Source: Sphagnum compactum (Eukaryota). From it: a DNA stretch of 64,000 bases. The notes under the pieces were generated by a model, which was not told where the DNA came from, searched no databases, and was given only the letters and a program-made list of their open reading frames with translations. Within the stretch, counting starts at the first letter, position 1. Each line of letters opens with the position of its first letter. The DNA is taken from NCBI GenBank assembly GCA_965153455.1, contig OZ234494.1, positions 8,246,001 through 8,310,000 on the forward strand. The letters are read 5' to 3'. A program made the translations under genes and the position numbers. Of this stretch, positions 40,453 to 54,754 are shown one piece after another.

Positions 40453-43400
40453 CTAAAAGATGATAATTTTGGCTTGTGTTGAAACTTGAGATTAGTTATA
40501 GAGTTATAATATCTTGAAGGATTTTGGTTTCTTTTAGAGGATTTTTCTTTTGAAGATTAGGTATATTTTTGCGTGATGAAATATTTGAGTTTCCATAATT
40601 CTTCATCTGACTTAAGATACATTTTAATGTAAATGGCAGGCCACAGTGTGACACACCCCTTTGTTGTTTGTTTGGTCCCTCCCTCCTACCCAGTCTTTTT
40701 TTTTTAAATAAAAATTTAAGGCAGAAATTTGTCAAATGGTGTGTTTTTTTTTTACAAATTGGCAAAAAAAAAAAAAGTTTTTTGAAATGGAAATTTCGAA
40801 TTTTTCTTCAAAAAATAAAAATAAAAATCGCCAGATCCTATCCTAAGATGCAGCATGCAGTATTTAGCCAAAAAATAATAATGCAAGGATTCTACAATTT
40901 TCTTTTTACTTTCGTTTTTTCTTATTTGCCAAACCTGGCTAAATAGTCTTATGGATGGATGATTCCCACAAAATTGAAAAAAAAAAAGTGTTTGCCTCCT
41001 CCACTTTGCCTCAGTCTTTTTTTTCTTTTTCTTTTGGGGGTGAAAATTTGCTAAAAAGACGACACGGATTCAAAGTTTTGGCAAAAATTTGAACCCTATT
41101 TTCTGAAAACAAGTCGGCAATTTTGACCCTTGACAATTTTGATGCCCTTGTTTTTTTCTTTTGGGGGTGCGAGTGTTTTGCCACATGTCTATCTACTTGC
41201 TTCTATCGTTTTAATGTGTAATGCTTGCCACTATTGCTACACTACAAATTTGAAAAAAAATTAAAATACTGCACAAATGTTGTCTTTGGTAATAGATAAT
41301 TCTAATAAATTAATGCTTTCTTGCTAGAAAAACTAGTTTAAAAAATTCTATCAAATTAAAATCAGAGTCCAAATGTGGTGGGGAAAATCACAAACTTTTG
41401 CAGATTATGACAGAATATTCTCTTTTTAGTTTTATTTTTGGTATTTTGGCGAGATTTTGTACCCAAAAAATGCTATTACCAAGGTATAGGGTTTTAGGGT
41501 TTAGGCAAAACCGGCACTTAATAATATGAGCCCTTTTTTTCATCGTGAATTTTCACTTTTTGACAAAATTGGAAATAAAAAACTCAAAAATAAAAAGATT
41601 TTGGAGGTTTTCGATATCTAGATTCACCAAACTTTTATTTATTTATTTATTCTTTTTCTTTTCTTTTTCTCCGATATAGTGGTTTAGCTGTATTAAAAAT
41701 TCATAAAAAATAATACTGGACTACCACTTATGAGGTATATTTCAGTGTTGGGAAGGTAATATGAAAATTTTATATATTAATAAGAATTTTATTTTTAAAA
41801 ATAGTACGATTTTATGGGTTTTACATGCATAAACAAGAAAAAAAAAAGGTATTATTAGCACACTAGAATTTTTGATAAAAATTATTAAAAATACTCGGAC
41901 TACACATTTTTTCAAAATTTGGGCATCAAAATTTTGTTTTAGCACTTGAAAGTTGAAACCTTTGACATTTGATCTTGAAACTTTTAAACATGGACTCCAG
42001 ATTTTTTACACTAAGTTAAGGACTTCAGATTTCTTTGATTTATGTACTTGGACTTCAGAACTCTTGGACTTGGTCCATCCAATGGTTTTTTATAAAAAGA
42101 TTGTGCAACTTCTCCCAATGTTTAGTGGGTCCCAATAACCAAAATAAAACTAATAAATACAAGAATGCGCATGTTTGATACCTATTGCCCTACAACCCAT
42201 GTGGGTCTTTGGTATACATAATTCTAATAAATTAATGCTTTCTTGCTATAGTACATTGGAGAACAACATGCATCCATGTTGTTGTGCTCTCGTTCGAATG
42301 GCTAAAGTGTACTACCTACTTCTGAAACGAGGCTATATAGCCTTGAGGTTGAAAACCCTAAATTTTTCAGAATCAATTATTTAATTTATTAAGAAGTTGT
42401 CAACTTGTAACATATCATTTGATCTAAAAATCAAATCATCCCAACATCCATCCAATATACAAAAGCTTTTGGGTTGGACCTTCTTAAGATTGATTGATAT
42501 AAGTAGTTGAACGTGTTCTAGAACCTATCCAAATTAATTATATAAAACAAAACCATTATTCAGAACCTCAAAACAATTTGTGCCCGTTCATTACTTTTCC
42601 ATGCAATTGTGTTAAAAGACTCAAATTGCTTAGAAGTAATAATATTACATATTATAATAAAGGCTCATGCCTCTCTTCCATGTGTCAACAAAAATTATAT
42701 GTTGTAACATATATGTGTTGACCTTGTTACTAACCCTAAACCTTGGGCCTCTAGGCTTGCACATTATGAGTGACCATCAACTTTTTCTTTCTTTCTTTCT
42801 TTTCTTATGTTCCTATAATGGGTTTCAATAGTTTATCATTATTTATGTCAATGTCAAATTTAATTTGAATTAATATAAATATCATTGATATGAAAAGGCA
42901 CATGTTAATTTATGTTTTCATATAGGGAAAAAGAGTGAGGTAGGTAAGTTTAGAAATGAGGTAGGTATGAATTGTTTTTGGATATTGTTTTAAAAATTGT
43001 CTAAGGACAACCTTATGAAAAATTATGCAAAATCATCTATATACTAAGAATATTTGTTCTAAGAATCTTAAAGCTCATTTCCTCTAACCATTTCTCAAAT
43101 TAGCTTGTCAATGAAATTAGATCCTATTATATTAAAATCAAAATACAATGAAAAATGAAAAGCTATATCCAAGATTTCATTTTCACAACTTATTCGAGTT
43201 CATTTAAATTGACTCAATAATTAATGAAAGACCTTAATTATTATATAGATATTGTATTTGGGTCTAACCAAGTTAATAAGAGCTACCTATCATTTAATTT
43301 CAAATGAATTATCAGGTAAATGGCAAGTTAAGTTAATGGTAAGAATGTTGGATGCTTTTATACAACAATGTTTCTAATACACTTTGTGAGAATTTAAATA

Positions 43401-45252
43401 AATTTGAAATGAATTTAATACATATTGGATACCTAAAAACACTTTTTAAGATCAAATATGCAATGAGTGTTTTTGCTGCTTATCTTTATCCAAAAAAACT
43501 TGAAATGAATATGAAAATGACATATTTAAAAACTAGTGCCATTGTTTTCTTGAAAAAATTATAAGAGTCTCCAAAATATTGCCTAAACACCCAAAAACAT
43601 GTTGTAGCAAATTGAGCAAATTATAGGTGTGAACCAAAACCCTACATTTGTTAAAGTTGGAATCCAAAATTACATGCTTCAATGCTCATTCTATCTCAAC
43701 CTTGTCTCATATGGGACCTTATTCCCATAAAGCTTGTGGCCTTGGGCTTTACCTTACATGCAAGTGCAAGAGGAATGGCAGGTGTAAGATCCGTCCCACA
43801 CTTCAAGATATACCCTCTTCCTCCTTCACCTCATGATCTACATATGTTTAGATGCATGATCTTAAGGTTTGCCTGGAGCTTCAAAATGGGTAAAGCTCAC
43901 GAGTGGTGGACATTCACAAAATGCAGAGTGTGAGCCCAAGCACCTTATTTTGGGAATCCCCCAACCCTAGGGCTTTACCCCAGAACAAAATGAAAGGTGC
44001 AAAACCATGCTAACATCCTTCAAGGCACACTTTTCTCCATTGTTTTTTTTCAGTTGGAAATGTTTAGAGTAAGGAACTTGGTAGAGGGCATTGTTCATTT
44101 AGAGTTACTAGAGTCCTGGAGTGGAAGAATTCATGTGGTGAGAAATGAATTCCCATGTGGTAAAAATGGGTTGGGCCATGTGATATTTTTGTATGATATT
44201 TTTGTGTAGGATAAAGCATAAGGGAATGGGCTTTACCACGTGTAAAAATCAATGTTATGCATTTATATGATTTAGGACTTACACTCCATGTAAGTGTAAA
44301 TGTCAAAATGAAATTTATAAGGTCTGTCTACATCTTTGTAAATTTAACTATAAAATTATGTAATTGTAAAATAAATACATTTATATGGTTTTATACAATC
44401 GTGTAAAATCATGTCACTTCTATTTAGGATGAGAGAGGAGGGGGGAGGGGGATTTCAAAAGGTTTTTGGTGATGTGCCAATCAAAGTGGCTCGTTGCAAA
44501 AAAAAAATTAAAAAAACCTTAAAAGCATTTGTGCTTTCAAATACACCACATCCAATTAAACTAATCAATGCAAAACACTGGTAAAAATCTGGGTTTAAAA
44601 AAAATTAAAAATTCCCGAGATACTCAATGATTTCCTAACAAGTATTAGAGGGGGAAATTTTTCCTTTCCTTTTTCTCAAACTTTGTTTGAAGTTTTCTGC
44701 CCCATCTCCCTCCCCCCACAATGAAAAACTAACTCCATGGAATAAGGGCAGACTGAGACACCTAGGGAAAACTTTAAACAAATAAGTTTTGTGAAGAGGT
44801 TTAACCGGTGTTTTTTTGTTTTCCTTCCAATTTTGTGATGGAGCTGAAGTGGCAATCATCCAAGAGATGATTTAGCCAGATTTGGCTAATTATTTAAAAA
44901 TATTTCAATATATTTGGCTACCATACCAACTAGAACTTAATAGAGGCATTTGGCAAGGCCATTTATTCTGAAAAAAGTTATAAAATCCTACAAAAACACT
45001 TTGTTTTGGGTCTATTTTGAAAAACAAATTGACATTTAGCAAAAGTTTGCCATAAAGAAAGAAACACTGGTTTAACCCTTAAAACATCTAACACCTTTTG
45101 GAGGTCAATGTTCTGATGCCATACTTGTGGTGATAATTGGTCCACCCAAAACTTGGACCCTGTGTATGTATGTGTTCACATGCTATGGAAAATCTTCTCT
45201 TTGCATTTCCACTTGGGATGTGAAGTGGGTCAATAGTGGCGAACCAGTGTAA

Positions 45253-45617
45253 GAGCATCTCCAGCAGGGCTCAGTATGTAACCCTCCAAAAATATTTTTC
45301 ACATCCAAGTCTAGTTACGTACTCTTTTGCAACCCCAGATATAAAACTCAAACTGGGACAGCATATAGGTGGGGGACTACTAATAGCAAACCACCTGGAC
45401 CAATCATTATGATGATGGGCCAATCAGAAACACTGATCAGCAGTTAAATCATATTTATTGCACTCTTTTCTGCAAGTGCACACTGCTGCTGTGTTTTATA
45501 ACGTGAGCAATTATGTGGAGCCAAAACCAATTTCCTGAGCCAAACCAGCACATGTTGGATTTTCTTCATCTAGTTTTACTGTGCAGGGTCACATACTGAG
45601 CACCGTTGCAGATGCTC
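45253..45617. mobile_element. Tourist-like (PIF/Harbinger) MITE, 365 bp
   Basis: TIRs GAGCATCTCCAGCAGGGCTCAGTATGTAACCCT / AGGGTCACATACTGAGCACCGTTGCAGATGCTC; TAA target duplication at 45250-45252 and 45618-45620. Confidence 0.92.
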
Positions 45618-47608
45618 TAACAATGTGAATCAATGGTTGGGAAACATCAGTTATGCTCTGAAACAGGCCTTGGTAGAACCCCACCCATTGTCAACCTCGT
45701 CACCCTACCCAACTTCAAGTGTTTCAGGTGGAGATGGGCCTACCATACTACACAGGAATACAACATGTGCATTTAGTGGGCCTTTGGAGTTGATTGGTCA
45801 ATGTTGTTCACAATGCTTAGTAGTTTGTCAACAATTGCAATTGTACATGCATAGTTTGCATCACACATGATATCATTCGGTCAATTAAGGACCATGGTTG
45901 GGAAGGGGGGTGGGGGGGTAAACCAAACCTAAACCATAAAGACCATGATGGGGAAAAACAAAACCTAAACCCTAAAACTTTCAGTTGACCTATGATGTGT
46001 AAACTCACACTTAGGTCAATAGAAATGGTCTCTTAGTTCTTTTTGTCTTGCTTCCTATTCCATATAGCCTAATTGTAGTTTTCACAAACCTTTATTGACC
46101 TTGTTGTCTCCCTTCCCTAAATCACATAAACAAACATTGACTACCTAGTCAATTGCTACAAGGGTTCTACTACAAAACAAGCAAGAATGATTTGATCAAT
46201 TCCAACGTGCTTCACTTATTAAATATGCAATCCTATATTGCTATAATTATTTGAAAAAAACCTATGGAAACACAATACTTTCCATAATCCAATTTCAATG
46301 TTCTTTCATTGTTGCCCTACAAATCATTAGAATTCCTTGTATAATCCTATCCATAATTGATGATGTGTTGATTTTGTTAATCTTGTCCGTAATGGGCCAT
46401 ACTATAATTCGTTCTCAAACTCTTCGGTGTTGGAATTTTAATATGTAATTTTCTTGAATCCTTATAACCTTGAGCAAAGGGTGAAACCCCCTTGAAGCTC
46501 CTACTTTAATAGAAATATACATTTGATAGTAATTTGGCTTAGTGAGTGGTTCTTTTAAGTGGAAAGAAGCACGTCAATTGATAGGTGGGCAAACAACATA
46601 TCAAATTAAGAAGTACAATGGCAAAAGTTTGAGTTTTTCTAGGAGTCAAGAATAAATTAAATAAAGAATTTTAAATGATATTAAATAAAGAAATCAAGGT
46701 CTGTAATCTAGGAATGTCATGTTAGTAGATGGAACTAGTCTTCTTTTTTTCCCTAGCTAATTATTGCCAATATTTTATAGAAAAGGATGCCATGCGCCAC
46801 ATAATTAAAGGAATTGAAGGGAACAACATGAGAGTCACATATTCATGGAAATTATTAGGTAGTCAAATCAAGTCTACTTTAGTACCATTTTTTATTAGCA
46901 TGGGACTTGTGGGATATATATATATATATAATCTGTAGTCCAAATTCAATCTTAGGCTTCCATTTTTTCCAAGGTGACACTCCATGTACAAATTTGTTCT
47001 TTAGGGTTTATACACAATTTTTTATACTTAGGTATTGGGGCTAGAGTCAAAGAGGATTAAACAGTGGGGTTTAGGAGTCCAATCCAGTGTTTTGGTTGGG
47101 GGGGGGGGGCGGGGAGGGGCGGGGGGGGGGGGTGTTAATTTTGTGATGTAGCCAAAGTGGTAATGAGCCACAGGAAGATTTAGTCAAATTTGGCTAAGTG
47201 CTAAATGTGAAAGCAAACTTTGTAAAACATCCTTCTTTATTTTGGCTACCTATTTGAATAATGTATAAAAAAACCTGGAGATTTTTCTGAAATTTTAGTC
47301 GAATTTCTGGGTACTGAAAACCTCACAAAAACACTTGATTTTAGCAAAGCTTCAATTTGATAGTGTAAACTTTGAATAACAAACATCATAGGTATTAAAC
47401 ATGATAACAATGATAAACATGAAAGCCAAATATACAACATCATAACAACAACAAATAGTTTGCTACATGTTCTATCTCCAACAAAAACAACATTGTTTAA
47501 TATTTACCCAAAACTAAATGCACCAAAGTTTCAGAAGTGGATGCACTGGAAATAAAAAAACATTTGTTGTTTGTGACTATCTAGGAGAGAGGTAAATGGA
47601 TGCACATA

Positions 47609-49302
47609 CAGTGAAAACTGTCAGATTGAACACTTGTTCTAAATGAACCCCTCCTTACGTTGAACATTTCGTGACGCACGATGATTTTGGCCATATTAAT
47701 ACACCTTCTCAGAATGAACCCCATAACTTTGAACATTGAACATAGATTTCGAAACGCTCCACTGAAATAGTCCTCGTCACATTGAACACTTGCGTGAGTC
47801 ACTCTGTAAGTACAACGATCATTTCACAGTTCATTCTGATTTCATCGTACAGTAGCTGTAACGCGTTCAAGTGTTGCTCAAAGAGAAGAGAGACTCGAAC
47901 CATGAGTGGGAAGAGAAGGTACACCGAAAAAACATTAGCAGAGAAGGCCAAAGCATTGCAAGATTTGGACAGTGGGATGTCTGTGAGAACTTGCGCTGCA
48001 AAGTACTCTGTCTTCATCGGTACGATTGTCAACTGGAAAAAGAACAAGAGTGAGATTATAATTTCTATTTATGAATTCACAAGTCTTTCTTAGAAAAGAC
48101 CTGCACGAGTCAACGGCAACGGCAAGGTCATAGATGAAAGAGTTTACGAATGGTTTACCAATGCTCATTGTCGAAACATTCCCGTTTCTGGCCTAATTTT
48201 GCAAACCAAAGCTCTACAAATGGCGGCCAACATTGGTTTGAACGATTTCAGGGCATCGAATGGTTGGTTGGAGGCGTTTCGCAAGCGCCACTGTATACAA
48301 TTTCGTTTGCTATCTAGAGAAAGCGCTAGAATGGACAAAAATGTCGTCAACCACTGGAAACAGAACTTGCCCAACATTATTCAAGGCTATGACACAAGGG
48401 ATATCTGGAACATGGACGAAACTGGACTTCTCTGGAAAGGTGTGCCAAATCGTAGCTTGGTACTACAAGGAAAAAAGTGCAAAGTAGGCAAGCTGGGCAA
48501 AGAGAGACTTACCATTACTCTTCACTGTTCAGCAACTGGTGAGAAGTTTAAGCCACTAGTGATTGGCAAGTTGCAGATGCCACGAGCTTTCAACAAACAG
48601 CTGCCTCGTCGAGTCATCTGGAAGGCAAACTCCAAAGCATGGATGACAAGAACGATATTTCTAGAATATCTTCAGAAATTGAACGCCAAAATGTAGATCA
48701 AAAACCGAAAGGCCCTTATTCTTCTCAACAACGCTCCTTGTCATCCAAAAATGGAGCTTTCCAACGTCAAGCTTGTTTTCCTTCCACCAAACATGACAGC
48801 AGGGACCCAGCCTTTAGACTCTAGAATCATACGAAACTTTAAAGTTAAATATCGCAAGATGCTTCTTGAATTTCTTTTATCCCATGAAGACGTGATTGCT
48901 TTAGTTGATGATATAAAAAAGGTAAATGTTGGTGACGCCGTTGACTGGGTCTCTCAAAGCTAGGACCAAGTCGCTACTTCAACCATTAAAAACTGCTTCC
49001 GAAAGGCAGGTCTAAACGAAGATGCAGTAGAACCAGAACAAGATGACCGACCGGCTCAAGATTAAGAAGAGATGTTCCATCTTGCTAGAGCAGCAGAAAT
49101 AGAAGTGGAGGAAGAAACTGTAATTGAGGACATTCCAGCTTTTGATATTTTGGATGATGGTTGGGAAGAAGTGATCTTGTCTGCGCCACAGGTGGAACTT
49201 GAAATTGAAAAGGAAAAACCAAAAATTCTGCTACCCAAGCCAACAGTCACGGAAGCGTTAAAAACACTTCAAATTCTTTCGAACTTTACAGTAGCTAGAT
49301 GA
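47609..49302 (+). mobile_element. Tigger/pogo-like (Tc1/mariner) DNA transposon, pseudogenised; transposase 47902-49302
   Basis: TA|CAGTG left end at 47607-47613. One reading frame with 4 internal stops encodes an HTH_psq-like start, a CENP-B-type HTH (FRASNGWLEAFRKRH) and DDE_1 motifs (IWNMDETGL, KERLT, NSKAWMT, LLNNAPCH, FLPPNMTAGTQPLD, TIKNCFRKAG). The right TIR was not found. Confidence 0.92.
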
Positions 49303-51004
49303 AGTCACTCCACTGTTGTCACAAATGCAAACGTCCAAGACTGTGACAATCGATCGGTTCTTTCACAAAACCTAATATATTTCCAAAATGTTCAACACAA
49401 TTATGAGGTAGTTATCAAAAATTTCCAAAAAAATTCCCAAATAATTTCAACGATAATGATAATTGAAACTAGTTTAGGTGAAACAAATAAAAGGTCCTAT
49501 AATCATCACTATGACAATTCCAACATGATGACCTGGTTGACAATTCTAAAAACAATTCACTAGAATTTTCAACCTTATTTTTTTCCTACTAACTACCTCT
49601 TTTCCTACTAACTTTCATAATAACTATCTAATGCCTTCTCCCTACCTATCAACACAAATATGAAAAAGCAAATTAACACGTCCTTTTGCATGTCCATGTT
49701 ATTTATATTAATTTGAATTAAATTTGACATTGACAAAATATCGATGGACTATTGGAAACCATATGGGAACATAAGAAAAAAAGAAAACAAATTGATTGTT
49801 CATTGGTAGTGCACAAAAGTGTGGATCCCAAGTTTAATTAATGTTGAATTGACCCAAGTATTATGATATTCTTGCCATTGTTGAGCATTTATCAAACATG
49901 ATAAAAAAATTTTAAATGATTATCAAGTCTTATCAATTTTAAGTGAATCAAGATAATATGAGTTGCAAATAAGTGAAATATAAAAAAATTTATTAGTGAA
50001 ATTATTAAAGTGAACATAAAAATGAAAAAGATGAATAGTTCGATAATAAGAGGAAACTTTTCACAAATAAGTTCAAAATGCTAAAAAACACAAATTTCTT
50101 CTTTTAGACCCCTCCTACTTCCAAAGCTCATAACTTTTTCAAATCCTATTCAAATTGAGTGATCTAAAGTGCTATGAAAGCGCCACCTTAAGCTCTATAA
50201 TTAATCTTAAAACTATAAAGGCAACAGAGCAACATACAAGGATTGGTTGGGTGTTTTCAGAACAGTTTCCTAGTGTTGGGTGTGGCACTTTTTTGACTTT
50301 TTGGCCATGCACACTTTGAAAGGCCATAACTTTTTCATTTTTGATCCATTTTTTATAGTCTTTAGTGCTATGAATGCGCCAAGAAGAGATCTCCAACTTT
50401 TCTCTAGACACCATAAACAAAAGGAGCCCTCCTTTGAATTTCATCGAACTTTAAATTCTTATGTGTTTAGACATTAACCTATCTACCTAATGCATTGGTA
50501 AATAACAAAACTTCAAGTTTATTAGATAATTCTAGTGATGGTGCAACAAACATAAGTATAGTCAACATACATATAACCAACTTATGTATAGCTAACATTT
50601 GTATAATTAACATAAGAATAGCCAACATAGGTATAACCAATATAACATAAGTGTAGGTACATAACCTAATTATAACCTAAATATAATCTACATAGCTTAA
50701 GGTAGCCTACATACATAGCCTAAATGTAGCCTATATAACCTAGGGTCAGCCTATAATATAACCTAGGTTACCTTTGGTGTTTAGCCTAAATAACTTATCA
50801 TCACAAACTTCATGGGTCACGATTTGGCAATAATAATCGTGAGAAATTTTCTTTTCATAAATTCATATGGAATAAACACGGATGTCATTCATTTATTTAT
50901 ATTGTTTGAACATCGATGTCATATGCATTGTTTAGACACAAATGTCATATGTCTGTTCGTATTGTTTAGACACGAATGTTATGCGTCTATTTGTATTGTT
51001 TACA

Positions 51005-51385
51005 GATTTCGGGAATTTTGGGATTCCCAACTTGGGAATCTCGGGACAAAATGACATTTGGGTGCAGGCCCCGTGGCCAGGCACAAAGAATATTATAAGG
51101 GGGGAAGGTGGTGGCTTCCCCCAAGTCTAGGCCATGGTGAGTCTTATGAGTCTGTGTTTGCCCATGGTGAGTTCGTGCAGCGAAACTGCTCCAACTACGC
51201 ATTAACGAACTTGTTGTTTGGTTTGTGTGCTTGTCACTCATCCTAATCCCCATCTTGGAACTCCAGCACGCCCTTCTACCCCCGAAGTGTTGCGAGCTAG
51301 GGAGCGTACCCCAACTCCTTATCCTTCTGATTTTTTCACCTTTGGACTCACAGTTGAATCTATCAATGAATTTGGGGGTGCATCA
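51005..51385 (+). mobile_element. Probable partial (solo) LTR of an LTR retrotransposon
   Basis: GC-richer island in AT-rich DNA with a TATA-like TATTATAAG at ~51091, ending GGGGGTGCATCA (CA terminus); resembles a common moss LTR (remembered, not searched). Confidence 0.5.
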
Positions 51386-51769
51386 GTTTAAGTTTAAGGT
51401 ATATATGATAACCTTTCAAAATTATTGTATAAAATAAAAAATAATTGCCACATGGTAGTTACAATGAATTGCATATGTATATATTCAAGTATATAATTTA
51501 TGAATATTTATTGAATTAACAGATACAATAGCATGTAGCAATTGCAATCACCCAATACAAAAAAATTACCCTTGTGACACCAAAAGTGGTCCACCTTAAT
51601 TGACATGCACCCACCAGTTTGACCTAATTCCATCAAATTAATCAATCAAATAAATTTGACATTATGAGAATAAATTAAGCTGAAGGACAACCTAGCAACC
51701 AGTTTGAATTTGACATGTGTTAACATTTTATAACATGCTACAATATGATGTATTAGCGGCCTATTCAGC

Positions 51770-52070
51770 AAGCCATTTGGGTTATTGACTTATGGTGTAA
51801 AAAAGGGTAATTTTAAAAAGCCAACTTCAACCATTTGGGCTATTGACTTTATGGTTTCCAAAAAGGTTAAATACGAATTAGTTCCAGCCAATTCAACTAT
51901 TGATTTGAGTTTCCAACCATTTGGGCTATGGATTTGAATTAGAGCCATTTTAGTTATTGGGTTTCAATTCAAACAATTTTGGCTATTTTGTGTTTTTTAG
52001 TTTCAATTGTTTGGGCTATTAACTTTTGCTCTATTGACTTGAGCTCCAATCATTTGGGGCTATCGAATCT
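51770..52070. repeat. Degenerate array of the short motif ccatttgggctattgactt (~8-10 copies)
   Basis: Recurring ccattt(g/t)ggctatt motif with variable spacing. Confidence 0.7.
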
Positions 52071-54754
52071 TTGTTTAGGTTTTAGGGTTTGGGGTTTAAA
52101 CCCTAAACCCTACACAACCATTTGATTTAGTGATTTGAGTTTATGTAAAAATATACAAAGGTCTAGAACTTATCAGCTTGTGTGTGATACCCAAGTGTTG
52201 AACCTTTGTGTTTAAGGTTTATTTAGGACTTGTCTAGTCAAGTTTTTTGGACTCTTGTTAGCTATGTAGAATATTGGTCTTTTGAGGCCTTCCTTTTGCA
52301 CTTTAAACTTATTTTCAGACTTTGGATTTTGCTATTGGTTTGGACAACATTCATCATCTCCATTAGTGTGAATTATTGAATTTTTGGACATGTTTACAAT
52401 ATTATGTGTATGACCCAAAAAAATTGAAAGGTTTTCAATTGAAGGTTCAACTCTTTGAGCCAAGTTTGGTCAAGTTTGGTGAGTAGCTAACCTCCCCCCT
52501 CCCCCCACCCCCCCAATAATTCATGAAAAGACTTTTCCATTATAAGTTGAACACTGCTAAAAGTAACAACACAATGAAAGAAAGAAAATTGGGGATGACT
52601 TAATCAACACCCTATTATAATACTAGGAAGTAATGCCATTTGGATACTTGTGAATTTTTCATTATTAATTGCTTTCCCCAAATGGCATTGTGCTCTTCGT
52701 TCTCATGTTTCTACCCAATGTTGCCCTTCAACAAGTAGTCACTAGCTTATGTAAGAGTGCATGATATAATAGTTTTAAAAATGTATAAAGTCTTTTCTTT
52801 TCCATCTTCCATTATTTCACAACAATTGAATGATATTATAGCTCAAGAAACAACAAGAGAACGACATAAATCAACAATTATAAATTACGTAATAATATTT
52901 TTGTTTCAATCATAGGCATTAAACAAAGATCAAACTAACATTTTTTTCATTATTGTCTACAATTACTAAAATACTAAAATGGATGAGGGACCCTTAAGCT
53001 TCTTAGGTGGTATTAAATGTAATTTTTTATTATAGGAATCAAATTTGGGACCCAAGACAAGTTCCTTAGGTCTTTTTAACCAAAACAAGGGAGGAGAGCT
53101 TGAGGATGACTAGTAGGATGCATTGATATTTCACAAGTAATTCTCATTCATTTAATCAACTAGACAAAACAAAAAAAGAAAAAGAAGAATGTAGTTGGAG
53201 CCTAAATCAAATCATAAACTCATCATCGACTAACACAAACTTCTTCACAACTTGAACTACCATGAGACACACTACTATGGACTCTCCTTATTTTATGTAG
53301 TATTCATCAATTGCTGATGGGAACTATATTCGAATGGCAAAATTTCTTTGATTCCCAAATCTCACTCCCCACATTCCAAACTTTAACCTATTCACTCCCA
53401 CAAAACTTCACCAATTTGAGCTTGTAAATACACAACCTTATAGCTCTTGTCAAGAGATTTCTAAAGTTGTATTGAGATTATCATTTAAACATTATGTATC
53501 CTCTAAATGCACACATAAGGGGTCACAATTCTTAATAATTTATGTCCCAACTTTTGAAATGGAGGTTTCTTTTACTTATGTAATTGTGGGGATACAACCC
53601 CACTCGTTGTAAAACTTTTCAAAACCTTTCCAATTATTTGAACCACTTAAAATGTATTAGGTAGGATTATAAAGAGGTAGTCCCTTAGTATACAATTTTA
53701 TCCTGTTAAATGATCTTCCCATTGTAGTTATGTTTAATGTTGTGTTCAATGTGGTTTGTTGGTATAATAATAATGTTTATTGCCTCATAGTGCGCCTTGC
53801 CACCCCATTACAAAGAAAGATGACATGAATTTATACACATTTATATCCTTTCAACCTTGCCTCCTAGTCTTTAATAAAAAACCTTCTTTATTGGATATAT
53901 TATCATTTTTCAAAGGAGTCTTGCTCTTGCTTGGTTTCTACTTTTTAATGATTGCACATAAAAAGTGTGTGTGTAAGCCAAATCTTTGGCTACCAAGTAT
54001 ACTTTGCATAAAATTCAATTTTTTTCTTTTGAACAAGAACATTTATGTTCACAACTTTTCATATGAATTGTTTCTTATGATAAAAGTGTAGTTGAAATGT
54101 TTCAACCTTTTTTTATTTCAGTTGTTGATTAGTTTAAACATTGTAGCCATGAAGGGGGTAGGTTAGTATTAGTTATATTGACTAGTTATTGGATATACTA
54201 ATTATATTAGCTAGAATTTATTGATCAACTTATGTCAATGCCCAAGTCAAGCTACTTGGGGGAAAGTTAAAGGAGCCTTAAGGTTTTAATAAGGTGGTGC
54301 TTAGGGTTTAGGGTGTCTTTCCTAGGCCCTTTCCTTTAAATAGACTTGTCACAATTACAAATTATTATTTTTTCATGTTTATCCATTACATTCCAAAGTA
54401 AAATTTAACACATATTTAATTAATTTAAGACTTTACAGAAGTCCGAAAATCCAACAATAACTTGAAAATGTTATATTTATTCAAACTTTCAATTATAAAT
54501 CACCTAGTGGACACTAAGACCAAAAGGAAAAGCTCAAAAAAGTTGCAATAAATGTACATTAACTTAATTGGCTCTTTGTCTAATTCCCCATCTAATCTGC
54601 CCAAATGCCAAATTGGGTGTCCTAGAATGTGATTTTGCTGCATCCGTCAAGAGGCATATGCGAAGAAGAAAGACAATGTTAGTGGTGCATCAATGGACAT
54701 AAGATTGAACAATTGTTTGTTAGAAGCTTCAATGATTCTTGCAAGGATTGGTTA

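Noticed and set aside
47902..49302. Domesticated TIGD/CENP-B-like host gene
   Set aside because: Four in-frame stops and a retained left transposon end indicate a dead element.
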